From Escherichia coli (lineage in GTDB: Bacteria; Pseudomonadota; Gammaproteobacteria; Enterobacterales; Enterobacteriaceae): a DNA stretch of 64,000 bases. Made by a program: the position numbers and the translations under genes. The first letter of the stretch is position 1; the number at the start of each line of letters is the position of its first letter. Shown piece by piece: positions 32,502-43,700 of this stretch. The DNA is taken from the NCBI RefSeq assembly GCF_003334305.1, contig NZ_QOWS01000001.1; one strand, 5' to 3'. The notes under the pieces were generated by a model. That model saw only the letters and a program-made list of their open reading frames with translations, was not told where the DNA came from and did not search any database.

Positions 32502-33482
32502 ATGATGAGAGTAGAAAATAATAATGTTTCTGGGCAAAACCTTGACCCGGAACAGATTGATTTGATTGATTTACTGGTGCAACTATGGCGTGGCAAGATG
32601 ACAATCATCATTTCTGTCATTGTCGCTATTGTCCTGGCAATAGGATATCTGGTCGTTGCCAAAGAAAAATGGACTTCCACAGCTATCGTTACTCAACCTG
32701 ATGTGGGGCAAATCGCTGGTTATAACAATGCCATAAATGTGATTTATGGTTCAGCCGCGCCGAAAGTGTCTGAGATCCAGTCGATTTTAATTGGTCGCTT
32801 CAGCACGACATTTTCTGCATTAGCAGAAACGCTTGATAATCAGGAAGAACCTGAAAAACTGACTATTGAACCTACTGTAAAAAATCAGTCATTACCTTTA
32901 GCGGTGTCTTATGTTGGGCAATCGCCTGAAGCTGCGCAGAAACAGCTGGCTCAATATATCCAGCAAGTTGACGACCAGGTAAATGATGAACTTGAAAAAG
33001 ATCTGAAAGACAACATCGCGCTGCGTATGAAAAACTTACAGGATTCTCTGAAGACCCAGGAAGTGGTCGCTCAGGAGCAAAAAGAGCTGCGTATTCGTCA
33101 AATTCAGGAAGCGTTGCAGTATGCGAATCAGGCGCAGGTGACAAAGCCGCAGATTCAGCAGACACAGGACGTGACCCAGGATACCATGTTCCTTTTGGGG
33201 AGTGATGCACTGGAGTCGATGGTTAAGCACGAAGCGAGCCGTCCGTTGGTGTTCTCGTCAACCTACTATCAGACTCGTCAAAACCTGCTGGATATCGAAA
33301 GCTTAAAGGTTGATGATCTTGATATTCACGCTTACCGCTATGTGATGAAACCTACGTTACCCATTCGTCGTGATAGCCCGAAGAAGGCAATCACTTTGAT
33401 TCTGGCGGTGCTGCTGGGCGGCATGGTTGGCGCGGGTATTGTACTGGGGCGTAACGCGCTGCGTAATTACAACGCGAAGTGA
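32502..33482 (+). CDS. wzzB: O-antigen chain length determinant Wzz (polysaccharide co-polymerase 1)
   Basis: 326 aa ORF with N- and C-terminal TM helices and coiled-coil periplasmic domain; start could be the second Met at 32505. Confidence 0.9.
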   Translation: MMRVENNNVSGQNLDPEQIDLIDLLVQLWRGKMTIIISVIVAIVLAIGYLVVAKEKWTSTAIVTQPDVGQIAGYNNAINVIYGSAAPKVSEIQSILIGRFSTTFSALAETLDNQEEPEKLTIEPTVKNQSLPLAVSYVGQSPEAAQKQLAQYIQQVDDQVNDELEKDLKDNIALRMKNLQDSLKTQEVVAQEQKELRIRQIQEALQYANQAQVTKPQIQQTQDVTQDTMFLLGSDALESMVKHEASRPLVFSSTYYQTRQNLLDIESLKVDDLDIHAYRYVMKPTLPIRRDSPKKAITLILAVLLGGMVGAGIVLGRNALRNYNAK

Positions 33483-33500
33483 TTTTTGAGCTTAAAGAAA

Positions 33501-33536
33501 GCGGGCAGGGTGGTCACACCGTGCCCGTTTTTTTTG
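33501..33536 (+). terminator. Rho-independent terminator after wzz
   Basis: GCGGGCAGGGTG-gtca-CACCGTGCCCG hairpin (one mismatch) followed by T8. Confidence 0.75.
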
Positions 33537-33572
33537 TCGGATGCGATGCCGGCGTATCTTATCCAGCTTACA
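33536..33572. repeat. Single REP-like unit downstream of wzz
   Basis: GTCGGATGCGATGCCGGCGTATCTTATCCAGCTTACA closely resembles the REP unit at 2055-2092. Confidence 0.6.
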
Positions 33573-33675
33573 TATGTTGAGAAAATTTGTAGGCACGATA
33601 AACCTGCACACCGGGCAATGACGGATGAGTTGTTGCCGGAAGTGACAGCAACATCACATCCACCTACCCCGCAAC

Positions 33676-33783
33676 TCACTGATGCCGCGTGCGCAGAATC
33701 ACTATCACTGTTGTTAAATCCAGAATTTGAACCTGCAACAGCACCAGCAGGCGATACATCAAATCAGGCACCTCATTGGTTAG
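33676..33783 (-). pseudogene. hisI: Degenerate 3'-terminal fragment of hisI (last ~35 codons plus stop), displaced upstream of the his-linked polysaccharide cluster
   Basis: Minus-strand translation ...LTNEVPDLMYRLLVLLQVQILDLTTVIVILRTRHQ* parallels the HisI C-terminus; also ~85% nucleotide similarity to 46790-46860 inside intact hisI. Confidence 0.7.
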
Positions 33784-34365
33784 TATGTACCTTCGCAAAA
33801 CGGGATTACTCACAGCGAACATGGCGTAATTTTGTACAAATCTGTTTTTTTTATCAGCAGATTATTTAGCAACCAGGCAAAAAATGTCATGCCTTTCTTC
33901 ATTTTTACTTATATATCAATTGATTATAATTAATTGGTTTGGTAAATGTTTAAGATGTGTATTATTTGAGTAATCCATTAATTAGTCGGCTTTTATATTT
34001 TTTTTCCCAGCATGCAACGCTATAATCTGCGAAGATTTTTTTGTGGAATGTGCAGTGTAGAGGCATGAGTCGTTTATCCCACCAGTCGCAACATAACGCC
34101 GTCGTCGTGTGCAAAGAGCTGTCAAGCCCGAACGCGCGCTGCTTCTCTGGCGGCGAATACGATGTCTCTTCTTATCTTTCCTCGTATCGTAAATGCTCCT
34201 TTCTGATGGTTGCTGGCATCGGTAAATCACTTGATTCGTTTTTTTTGATGGCGGTGAGAGCATGTGTTTTGCCCCGCGTAAATGAGAAGGTCCTGATGGT
34301 TACTCTGGCGGCAAATGTGGAAATTGTGGGGCGTTTCGTGGCCTGGTGAGGAACAGATACATATT

Positions 34366-34403
34366 AAAAGCAGAGATATGCCCTGAGACATATCTCTGCT
34401 TTT
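34366..34403. terminator. Strong hairpin (13-bp stem) flanked by A-run and T-run; candidate bidirectional terminator / sRNA 3' end
   Basis: AAAAGCAGAGATATG-ccctgaga-CATATCTCTGCTTTT read directly. Confidence 0.55.
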
Positions 34404-34533
34404 AGGTTTTCAGGATGCCCGTTCCGTAAGGATGGTTTTTGAGACCGCTGAGTGAAGGGGCTGCCGACAGTCTGAAGCGAAAGAGGGTGGCGTTTAGCCT
34501 GGAGCACTACGCATTTTGGTTGCGATAGCCAAT

Positions 34534-34545
34534 GGCGGTAGCGTA
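34534..34545 (+). promoter_or_regulatory. ops element (GGCGGTAGCGTA) upstream of manC of the his-linked cluster
   Basis: Exact GGCGGTAG core 89 nt upstream of manC start; JUMPstart-like flanks. Confidence 0.8.
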
Positions 34546-34622
34546 CCTGAAAAAGGCCATTCAACCCGTTGGTCGATTGATTGATAGTAAAATAAAACAA
34601 TTATTTATTTAAGGATTTCATT

Positions 34623-36038
34623 ATGTTACTTCCTGTAATTATGGCTGGTGGTACCGGCAGTCGTCTCTGGCCGATGTCACGCGAGCTTTATCCGAAACAG
34701 TTCCTCCGCCTGTTCGGGCAGAACTCCATGCTGCAGGAAACCATCACCCGACTCTCGGGTCTTGAAATCCATGAACCGATGGTCATCTGTAACGAAGAGC
34801 ATCGCTTCCTGGTGGCTGAACAGCTGCGCCAGCTAAATAAGCTGTCGAATAACATTATACTTGAGCCAGTCGGGCGCAACACCGCGCCGGCCATCGCCCT
34901 GGCGGCCCTTCAGGCCACCCGCTACGGTGACGACCCGCTGATGCTGGTTCTCGCCGCCGACCACATCATCAATAACCAGTCGGCCTTCCACGACGCTATC
35001 CGGGTCGCCGAGCAGTATGCTGATGAAGGTCATCTGGTCACCTTCGGTATCGTGCCGAATGCCCCGGAAACTGGCTACGGTTACATTCAGCGCGGCGTGG
35101 CGCTCACCGATAGTGCCCATTCCGCGTACCAGGTGGCCCGCTTTGTGGAGAAGCCGGATCGCGAGCGCGCCGAGGCTTACCTCGCCTCCGGGGAGTACTA
35201 CTGGAACAGCGGCATGTTTATGTTCCGCGCCAAGAAATACCTCATCGAGCTGGCCAAATACCGTCCGGATATCCTGGAAGCCTGCCAGGCTGCGGTGAAT
35301 GCCGCCGATAATGGCAGCGATTTCATCAATATCCCACATGATATTTTCTGCGAGTGCCCGGATGAGTCCGTGGACTACGCCGTTATGGAGAAAACCGCTG
35401 ATGCGGTGGTGGTCGGTCTCGATGCTGACTGGAGCGACGTTGGCTCCTGGTCCGCACTATGGGAGGTCAGCCCGAAAGACGAGCAGGGCAACGTCCTTAG
35501 TGGCGACGCGTGGGTACACAACAGCGAAAACTGCTACATCAACAGCGACGAGAAGCTAGTGGCGGCCATTGGCGTAGAGAATCTGGTGATTGTCAGCACT
35601 AAGGACGCCGTGCTGGTGATGAATCGCGAGCGTTCCCAGGACGTGAAGAAGGCGGTCGAGTTCCTCAAGCAGAACCAGCGCAGCGAGTACAAGCGCCACC
35701 GTGAGATTTACCGCCCCTGGGGCCGTTGCGACGTAGTGGTCCAGACCCCGCGCTTCAACGTCAACCGCATCACGGTGAAACCAGGCGGTGCCTTCTCGAT
35801 GCAGATGCACCACCATCGCGCCGAGCATTGGGTTATTCTCGCCGGCACCGGTCAGGTGACGGTCAACGGTAAGCAGTTCCTGCTGTCCGAGAACCAGTCC
35901 ACCTTTATTCCGATTGGCGCCGAGCACTGCCTGGAAAACCCTGGCTGTATTCCGCTGGAAGTGCTGGAGATCCAGTCGGGGGCGTACCTTGGCGAGGACG
36001 ACATTATTCGTATTAAAGACCAGTATGGTCGTTGCTAA
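34623..36038 (+). CDS. manC: Mannose-1-phosphate guanylyltransferase (O-antigen copy)
   Basis: 471 aa; [11 protein letters not shown] motif; GC-rich relative to flanking genes; paralogue of cpsB. Confidence 0.9.
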   Translation: MLLPVIMAGGTGSRLWPMSRELYPKQFLRLFGQNSMLQETITRLSGLEIHEPMVICNEEHRFLVAEQLRQLNKLSNNIILEPVGRNTAPAIALAALQATRYGDDPLMLVLAADHIINNQSAFHDAIRVAEQYADEGHLVTFGIVPNAPETGYGYIQRGVALTDSAHSAYQVARFVEKPDRERAEAYLASGEYYWNSGMFMFRAKKYLIELAKYRPDILEACQAAVNAADNGSDFINIPHDIFCECPDESVDYAVMEKTADAVVVGLDADWSDVGSWSALWEVSPKDEQGNVLSGDAWVHNSENCYINSDEKLVAAIGVENLVIVSTKDAVLVMNRERSQDVKKAVEFLKQNQRSEYKRHREIYRPWGRCDVVVQTPRFNVNRITVKPGGAFSMQMHHHRAEHWVILAGTGQVTVNGKQFLLSENQSTFIPIGAEHCLENPGCIPLEVLEIQSGAYLGEDDIIRIKDQYGRC

Positions 36039-36061
36039 TTATTTTCGGGACAAGATGCAGA

Positions 36062-37438
36062 ATGACACAGTTAACTTGTTTTAAGGCTTATGACATCCGT
36101 GGTGAACTGGGTGAGGAACTGAACGAGGACATCGCCTACCGTATCGGTCGCGCCTACGGCGAATTTCTGAAACCCGGGAAGATAGTGGTGGGGGGCGATG
36201 TGCGCCTCACAAGCGAGTCGCTGAAGCTGGCGCTGGCCCGCGGGTTAATGGACGCCGGTACCGACGTGCTGGACATCGGCCTGAGCGGTACCGAAGAGAT
36301 TTACTTTGCCACCTTCCACCTTGGGGTAGATGGTGGCATCGAGGTGACCGCGAGCCACAATCCTATGAACTACAACGGCATGAAGCTGGTGCGCGAGAAT
36401 GCGAAGCCCATCAGCGGCGACACCGGCCTGCGGGATATCCAGCGCCTGGCGGAGGAAAACCAGTTCCCGCCAGTGGACCCGGCGCGTCGCGGGACCCTGA
36501 GCAAGATATCGGTACTGAAGGAGTATGTTGACCATCTGATGAGCTACGTGGACTTCTCGAACTTCACCCGTCCACTGAAGTTGGTGGTGAACTCCGGAAA
36601 CGGGGCTGCGGGGCACGTGATTGATGAGGTGGAGAAACGCTTCGCGGCGGCTGGGGTGCCGGTAACCTTTATCAAGGTGCATCACCAGCCGGATGGCCAT
36701 TTCCCTAACGGTATCCCGAATCCGCTGCTGCCGGAGTGCCGCCAGGATACCGCCGACGCGGTGCGCGAGCATCAGGCAGACATGGGGATTGCCTTTGACG
36801 GCGACTTCGATCGCTGCTTCCTGTTCGATGACGAAGCTTCGTTTATCGAGGGGTATTACATTGTCGGCCTGCTGGCTGAGGCGTTCCTGCAGAAGCAGCC
36901 GGGAGCGAAAATCATTCACGACCCGCGCTTGACGTGGAACACGGTAGACATCGTGACCCGCAACGGCGGCCAGCCGGTGATGTCGAAGACGGGGCATGCG
37001 TTCATCAAGGAGCGGATGCGTCAGGAAGACGCTATCTACGGCGGGGAGATGAGTGCGCACCATTACTTCCGCGATTTCGCCTACTGCGATAGCGGGATGA
37101 TCCCGTGGCTGCTGGTGGCGGAGCTGCTGTGTCTGAAGAACAGCTCGCTGAAATCGCTGGTGGCGGACCGCCAGAGGGCGTTCCCTGCGTCGGGAGAGAT
37201 CAACCGCAAGCTAAGGAATGCGGCTGAGGCGATCGCCCGCATCCGGGCGCAGTATGAGCCGGCGGCTGCACACATCGACACAACGGACGGGATCAGTATT
37301 GAATACCCTGAATGGCGCTTTAACCTGCGCACGTCTAACACCGAGCCGGTGGTGCGTCTGAACGTTGAGTCCAGAGCTGATGTGGCGCTTATGAATGAAA
37401 AAACGACCGAGCTGTTACACCTGTTAAGCGGGGAATAA
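36062..37438 (+). CDS. manB: Phosphomannomutase (O-antigen copy)
   Basis: 458 aa from [14 protein letters not shown]; TASHNP active-site motif; paralogue of cpsG. Confidence 0.9.
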   Translation: MTQLTCFKAYDIRGELGEELNEDIAYRIGRAYGEFLKPGKIVVGGDVRLTSESLKLALARGLMDAGTDVLDIGLSGTEEIYFATFHLGVDGGIEVTASHNPMNYNGMKLVRENAKPISGDTGLRDIQRLAEENQFPPVDPARRGTLSKISVLKEYVDHLMSYVDFSNFTRPLKLVVNSGNGAAGHVIDEVEKRFAAAGVPVTFIKVHHQPDGHFPNGIPNPLLPECRQDTADAVREHQADMGIAFDGDFDRCFLFDDEASFIEGYYIVGLLAEAFLQKQPGAKIIHDPRLTWNTVDIVTRNGGQPVMSKTGHAFIKERMRQEDAIYGGEMSAHHYFRDFAYCDSGMIPWLLVAELLCLKNSSLKSLVADRQRAFPASGEINRKLRNAAEAIARIRAQYEPAAAHIDTTDGISIEYPEWRFNLRTSNTEPVVRLNVESRADVALMNEKTTELLHLLSGE

Positions 37439-37439
37439 G

Positions 37440-38234
37440 GTGAGAGATTTACTAACGACGATTTATCGTTATCGGGGATTTATCTGGAGCAGTGTTAAAC
37501 GTGATTTTCAGGCGCGCTATCAAACTAGTATGCTGGGCGCACTATGGCTCGTTTTACAACCGCTCTCTATGATTCTGGTCTATACCCTGGTTTTTTCCGA
37601 GGTGATGAAGGCAAGAATGCCCGATAATACCGGGTCGTTTGCCTATAGTATTTATCTCTGTTCCGGGGTACTGACCTGGGGATTATTTACTGAGATGCTG
37701 GATAAAGGTCAGAGCGTATTTATTAACAATGCTAATCTGATCAAGAAACTCAGTTTTCCGAAAATCTGTCTGCCGATCATCGTGACGTTATCGGCGGTGC
37801 TAAATTTCGCGATTATTTTCAGTCTGTTTCTAATTTTTATCATTGTCACCGGTAACTTCCCCGGCTGGCTCTTTCTCTCGGTGATACCGGTCCTGCTTTT
37901 GCAAATCCTGTTTGCCGGTGGGCTGGGGATGATCCTTGGTGTCATGAACGTCTTTTTCAGGGATGTGGGGCAACTGGTTGGCGTTGCGCTGCAATTCTGG
38001 TTTTGGTTCACACCCATTGTTTATGTACTGAATTCATTACCTGCATGGGCAAAAAATCTGATGATGTATAACCCGATGACTCGGATCATGCAATCTTATC
38101 AGTCCATCTTCGCCTATCATCTGGCCCCCAACTGGTATTCGCTATGGCCAGTATTGGCTCTCGCCATTATTTTCTGTGTCATCGGTTTCAGGATGTTCCG
38201 CAAGCATGCGGCGGATATGGTGGATGAATTATAA
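37440..38234 (+). CDS. wzm: O-polysaccharide ABC transporter permease Wzm
   Basis: 264 aa, ABC-2 type permease with about 6 TM helices; GTG start. Confidence 0.85.
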   Translation: MRDLLTTIYRYRGFIWSSVKRDFQARYQTSMLGALWLVLQPLSMILVYTLVFSEVMKARMPDNTGSFAYSIYLCSGVLTWGLFTEMLDKGQSVFINNANLIKKLSFPKICLPIIVTLSAVLNFAIIFSLFLIFIIVTGNFPGWLFLSVIPVLLLQILFAGGLGMILGVMNVFFRDVGQLVGVALQFWFWFTPIVYVLNSLPAWAKNLMMYNPMTRIMQSYQSIFAYHLAPNWYSLWPVLALAIIFCVIGFRMFRKHAADMVDEL

Positions 38235-39448
38235 TGAGTTATATCAGAGTAAATAATGTCGGTAAGGCGTATCGCCAGTATCACTCAAAGACCGGGAGAC
38301 TGATCGAATGGTTATCCCCTCTGAATACCAAACGCCATAACTTGAAATGGATCCTCCGCGAGATTAATTTCGAAGTCGCTCCGGGCGAGGCTGTCGGTAT
38401 TATCGGTATCAACGGTGCAGGCAAGAGTACCCTGCTTAAACTCATAACCGGGACGTCCAGGCCGACGACTGGAGAAATTGAAATCTCCGGACGTGTCGCT
38501 GCATTACTCGAATTGGGGATGGGGTTTCATTCTGATTTCACTGGCCGGCAGAATGTTTATATGTCTGGGCAACTGTTGGGGTTATCGTCAGAGAAAATAA
38601 CTGAACTGATGCCGCAAATTGAAGAGTTTGCTGAGATTGGGGACTATATCGATCAGCCTGTGCGCGTCTACTCCAGTGGGATGCAAGTTCGATTAGCTTT
38701 TAGTGTAGCGACGGCTATCCGTCCTGATGTGCTAATTATCGATGAGGCATTATCTGTTGGGGATGCATATTTCCAGCATAAAAGCTTTGAGCGTATTCGA
38801 AAATTTCGTCAGGAAGGGACCACGCTGTTGCTGGTATCCCATGATAAACAAGCGATCCAAAGCATTTGCGACCGGGCCATTTTATTGAATAAAGGCCAAA
38901 TTGAAATGGAAGGTGAACCTGAAGCAGTGATGGATTATTACAATGCGCTTCTGGCCGATAAACAAAATCAGTCCATTAAACAAGTTGAGCATAATGGTAA
39001 AACGCAAACTGTTTCAGGCACTGGTGAGGTGACTATCTCTGAGGTTCATCTTCTCGATGAACAGGGCAATGTGACTGAATTTGTTTCGGTAGGGCATCGT
39101 GTCAGCTTGCAGGTCAACGTTGAGGTCAAGGACGATATTCCTGAGCTTGTTGTCGGATATATGATTAAGGATCGACTTGGACAGCCGATTTTCGGGACCA
39201 ATACGTACCATCTCAATCAGACACTCACCTCCCTGAAAAAAGGAGAAAAGCGTTCGTTCTTATTTTCTTTCGATGCGAGATTGGGGGTTGGCTCCTATTC
39301 TGTCGCTGTCGCGTTGCATACTTCCAGTACGCACCTCGGCAAAAACTATGAATGGCGCGATCTGGCCGTGGTATTCAACGTCGTTAACACGGAACAACAA
39401 GAGTTTGTCGGCGTGTCCTGGTTGCCGCCTGAACTGGAGATTTCTTAA
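38234..39448 (+). CDS. wzt: O-polysaccharide ABC transporter ATP-binding protein Wzt with C-terminal extension (putative carbohydrate-binding domain)
   Basis: 404 aa; Walker A GINGAGKST, signature YSSGMQVRLAF, Walker B LIIDEA; about 150 aa C-terminal extra domain. Confidence 0.85.
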   Translation: MSYIRVNNVGKAYRQYHSKTGRLIEWLSPLNTKRHNLKWILREINFEVAPGEAVGIIGINGAGKSTLLKLITGTSRPTTGEIEISGRVAALLELGMGFHSDFTGRQNVYMSGQLLGLSSEKITELMPQIEEFAEIGDYIDQPVRVYSSGMQVRLAFSVATAIRPDVLIIDEALSVGDAYFQHKSFERIRKFRQEGTTLLLVSHDKQAIQSICDRAILLNKGQIEMEGEPEAVMDYYNALLADKQNQSIKQVEHNGKTQTVSGTGEVTISEVHLLDEQGNVTEFVSVGHRVSLQVNVEVKDDIPELVVGYMIKDRLGQPIFGTNTYHLNQTLTSLKKGEKRSFLFSFDARLGVGSYSVAVALHTSSTHLGKNYEWRDLAVVFNVVNTEQQEFVGVSWLPPELEIS

Positions 39449-40725
39449 TGGGTTCGTCGTTTTATCGTTCATTTGAAGAACGACACAGAGGTTCGGTTGA
39501 AGAAATCAAGCGCCGCTTGAGTTTTTATTTACCTTTTCTTGCAGGTCTGAAGGACATTTATCCTGATGGCGTGATTGCGGATATTGGTTGCGGACGTGGC
39601 GAATGGTTGGAGATCCTGACTGAAAATGGCATTGCGAACATCGGCGTCGATCTCGATGATGGCATGCTGGCGCGCGCCAGGGAGGCCGGACTGAATGTGC
39701 AGAAAATGGATTGTCTGCAGTTTCTGCAAAGTCAGGCGGATCAGAGCCTGATAGCGTTGACCGGTTTTCATATTGCTGAGCATTTGCCTTTTGAGGTCCT
39801 GCAGCAGCTCGTCATGCATACCCTACGGGTGCTGAAACCAGGTGGTTTGCTGATCCTCGAAACGCCGAACCCGGAGAATGTAAACGTCGGCACCTGTTCA
39901 TTTTATATGGATCCAACGCATAATCATCCTCTGCCACCGCCACTGCTTGAGTTTTTACCTATTCATTATGGTTTTAACAGAGCAATTACCGTTCGTCTGC
40001 AGGAAAAAGAGGTTCTTCAATCTCCGGATGCAGCCGTTAATTTGGTCGATGTACTCAAAGGGGTGAGCCCCGACTACAGCATCATTGCTCAGAAAGCAGC
40101 GCCAACAGATATTCTTGAACGCTTTGACACCCTGTTTACCCAGCAGTATGGTCTGACGCTGGATGCTCTGAGCAACCGTTACGATGCGATTTTGCGCCAA
40201 CAGTTTTCGTCCGTTGTCTCACGGCTGGAGACGTTGAACCAAACCTATATGCAACAGATAAGCCAAATGTCAGAGACTATTCAGACTTTGCAAGGTGAGG
40301 TTGACGATCTGAGTCATGTCATCGATCAGAACCATCAGCTTCATCAGCAAATGGCGGATTTACATAACAGTCGTTCATGGCGTATTACTCAACCACTACG
40401 CTGGTTGTCTTTGCAACGTCAATTATTACGTCAGGAAGGGGCTAAAGTGCGAGCCCGTAGGGCTGCGAAAAAAATATTGCGCAAAGGGATGGCGCTCTCG
40501 CTGGTCTTTTTCCATCGTTACCCTAAGTCTAAGGTTTATCTGTTTAAGGTTCTGAGAAAAACTGGCTGCTATACATTGCTACAACGTTTGTTCCAACGCG
40601 TAATGCTGGTGCAATCTGACACGATGATGATGCAGTCCAGAAGATATGATGTGGGTACTGAAGAAATGACAAGTCGCGCGATGAGTATTTATAACGAATT
40701 AAAAAATAAAAATACGGAGAAATAA
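39448..40725 (+). CDS. wbdD: Chain-terminating SAM-dependent methyltransferase WbdD (methyltransferase-only, O8 / Klebsiella O5 type) with C-terminal coiled coil
   Basis: 425 aa; SAM-binding motif DIGCGRGEW; no kinase domain; coiled-coil and basic amphipathic C-terminus. Confidence 0.7.
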   Translation: MGSSFYRSFEERHRGSVEEIKRRLSFYLPFLAGLKDIYPDGVIADIGCGRGEWLEILTENGIANIGVDLDDGMLARAREAGLNVQKMDCLQFLQSQADQSLIALTGFHIAEHLPFEVLQQLVMHTLRVLKPGGLLILETPNPENVNVGTCSFYMDPTHNHPLPPPLLEFLPIHYGFNRAITVRLQEKEVLQSPDAAVNLVDVLKGVSPDYSIIAQKAAPTDILERFDTLFTQQYGLTLDALSNRYDAILRQQFSSVVSRLETLNQTYMQQISQMSETIQTLQGEVDDLSHVIDQNHQLHQQMADLHNSRSWRITQPLRWLSLQRQLLRQEGAKVRARRAAKKILRKGMALSLVFFHRYPKSKVYLFKVLRKTGCYTLLQRLFQRVMLVQSDTMMMQSRRYDVGTEEMTSRAMSIYNELKNKNTEK

Positions 40726-40727
40726 CG

Positions 40728-43700
40728 ATGCGTATTGTCATAGATTTACAAGGCGCACAGACGGAAAGCCGCTTTCGTGGCATCGGTCGTTATAGTATCG
40801 CAATCGCCAGAGGCATAATCAGAAATAACAGCCGGCATGAGATTTTCATCGCGCTATCCGCCATGCTGGATGAGTCGATTGCGGATATTAAGGCGCAATT
40901 TGCCGATCTCCTGCCGGCAGAAAATATAGTCGTATGGCATGCCGTAGGCCCTGTTCGTGCGATGGACCAAGGTAATGAATGGCGTCGGGAGAGCGCAGAA
41001 CTGATTCGGGAAGCGTTTCTTGAATCATTGTGTCCAGATGTCGTTTTCATTACGAGCTTGTTTGAAGGTCATGTCGACGATGCGGCTACATCGGTACACA
41101 AATTTAGTCGTCAGTATAAAGTAGCCGTACTGCACCACGATCTTATCCCCCTCGTGCAGGCGGAAACCTATCTGCAGGACGATGTATACAAACCCTACTA
41201 CTTACAGAAAGTTGAGTGGTTAAAAAACGCTGACCTTTTGTTGACTAACTCTGCTTATACCGCACAGGAAGCGATCGAGCATCTGCATTTACAGGGCGAT
41301 CATGTGCAGAATATTGCAGCCGCAGTCGATTCTCAGTTTTGTATGGCGGAGGTGACAGCGAGCGAAAAAGAGACCGTCCTTGGCCATTACGGTATTCAGC
41401 GCGAGTTCATGTTGTATGCGCCCGGAGGATTTGACTCAAGGAAAAACTTTAAACGGTTGATTGAGGCCTATGCCGGGCTCAGTGATGCCTTACGTCGCAG
41501 TCATCAACTGGTTATCGTCAGTAAGCTTTCCATCGGTGATCGTCAGTATCTGGAATCCCTTGCGTCAGGTAATGGTTTACAGCAAGGCGAACTGGTACTC
41601 ACTGGTTATGTGCCGGAAGATGAGCTGATCCAGCTCTATCGCCTATGTAAGCTGTTCATCTTTGCTTCACTACATGAAGGTTTTGGGTTGCCGGTTCTGG
41701 AAGCAATGTCGTGCGGTGCGCCGGTGATTGGCTCAAATGTCACCAGTATTCCTGAAGTCATCGGTAATCCTGAGGCATTATTCGACCCGTATTCTGTCTC
41801 TTCCATGAGGGATAAGATCGCGCAATGTTTGACTGATGATACCTTCCTCGCGCGTCTGAAAGAAATGGCGCAGCAGCAAGCGCGTAATTTCTCTTGGGAT
41901 AAAGCTGCGGTGACTGCTCTGGAGGCTTTCGAAAAGATCGCGGTAGAAGACACCGGTACTGCGCAGGTTTTGCCTGAAGCTTTGATTCAGAAGATCCTTG
42001 CTATCACACAAGGGCAGCCAGATGACCGCGATCTGCGCTTGTGCGCAACGGCCATTGATTACAATCTGAAAACGGCAGAACTTTATCAAATCGACGATAA
42101 ATCGCTGAACTGGCGTGTGGAAGGCCCATTCGATAGCTCATATAGTCTGGCGTTGGTCAACCGCGAATTTGCCCGGGCACTCTCAGCCGATGGTGTAGAG
42201 GTCTTATTGCATTCCACTGAAGGACCGGGTGATTTTGCCCCAGATGCCTCCTTTATGGCACAGTCGGAAAATAGTGATCTTCTGGCATTTTATAATCAAT
42301 GTCAGACCCGCAAGAGTAACGAAAAGATAGATATTCTTAGCAGAAATATCTATCCACCGCGGGTTACCAAAATGGATGCCAAAGTAAAATTCCTTCATTG
42401 TTATGCTTGGGAAGAAACGGGCTTTCCGCAACCGTGGATCAATGAATTTAATCGGGAACTTGACGGAGTGCTGTGTACTTCGGAACATGTTCGTAAAATA
42501 TTGATTGATAACGGACTGAATGTGCCCGCATTTGTTGTTGGCAATGGCTGTGACCATTGGCTCAATATCCCAGCCGAGACGACAAAAGATGTGGATCACG
42601 GAACATTCCGTTTCCTGCACGTCTCTTCTTGTTTCCCACGCAAAGGGATACAGGCAATGCTTCAGGCTTGGGGGAAGGCGTTCACTCGTCGTGACAATGT
42701 TATCTTAATCATTAAGACTTTTAACAATCCGCACAATGAAATTGACGCATGGCTGGCTCAGGCCCAGGCTCAATTCATAGACTATCCCAAAGTTGAAGTG
42801 ATCAAAGAGGATATATCAGCCACCGAGCTTAAAGGGCTTTATGAAAGCTGTGATGTTTTGGTTGCTCCAGGTTGCGCTGAAGGCTTTGGTTTACCTATTG
42901 CTGAAGCAATGCTGAGTGGGCTACCGGCTATCGTCACCAATTGGAGCGGGCAACTTGATTTTGTTAATTCACAAAATTCATGGCTGGTTGACTATCAGTT
43001 CACTCGGGTAAAAACGCACTTTGGTCTGTTTTCCTCAGCCTGGGCCAGTGTGGATATTGACAACTTAACAGATGCATTAAAAGCGGCAGCCTCAACCGAT
43101 AAATCAGTGCTGCGTGACATGGCCAATGCTGGTCGCGAGCTTCTTCTGCAGCAGTTTACCTGGAAAGCGGTGGCTGATCGTTCTTGCCAGGCGGTCAAGA
43201 CTCTGCGTGCGCATATTGATATTGCACAGCATCGGGCGCGCATTGGCTGGTTGACGACCTGGAACACGAAATGTGGGATCGCAACCTATTCCCAGCATCT
43301 GGTGGAAAGCGCACCTCATGGCGCGGATGTTGTTTTTGCTCCCCAGGTCAGCGCTGGCGATCTTGTGTGTGCAGACGAAGAGTTTGTACTTCGCAACTGG
43401 ATTGTAGGTAAAGAGAGCAACTATCTGGAAAACCTCCAGCCACACATTGATGCTCTGAAACTCGATGTCATTGTGATCCAATTCAACTATGGATTCTTTA
43501 ATCATCGAGAACTGTCGGTGTTTATTCGTCGCCAGCATGACGCCGGTCGTTCAGTTGTTATGACGATGCACTCAACTGTGGATCCGCTGGAAAAAGAGCC
43601 GAGCTGGAATTTCCGTCTTGCTGAAATGAAAGAGGCGCTGGCACTTTGCGACCGGTTGTTGGTGCATTCGATTGCCGATATGAACCGCCTTAAAGATTTA

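Noticed and set aside
33486-33869. 127-aa plus-strand ORF downstream of wzz
   Set aside because: It runs through the wzz terminator, a REP unit and the antisense strand of the hisI remnant. Its apparent similarity to ORF 46654-47076 is just the antisense frame of hisI. Not a real gene.
34041-34349. 102-aa Cys-rich ORF upstream of manC
   Set aside because: No recognisable domain, no ribosome-binding site and atypical composition. Treated as non-coding sequence within a possible sRNA or leader region.
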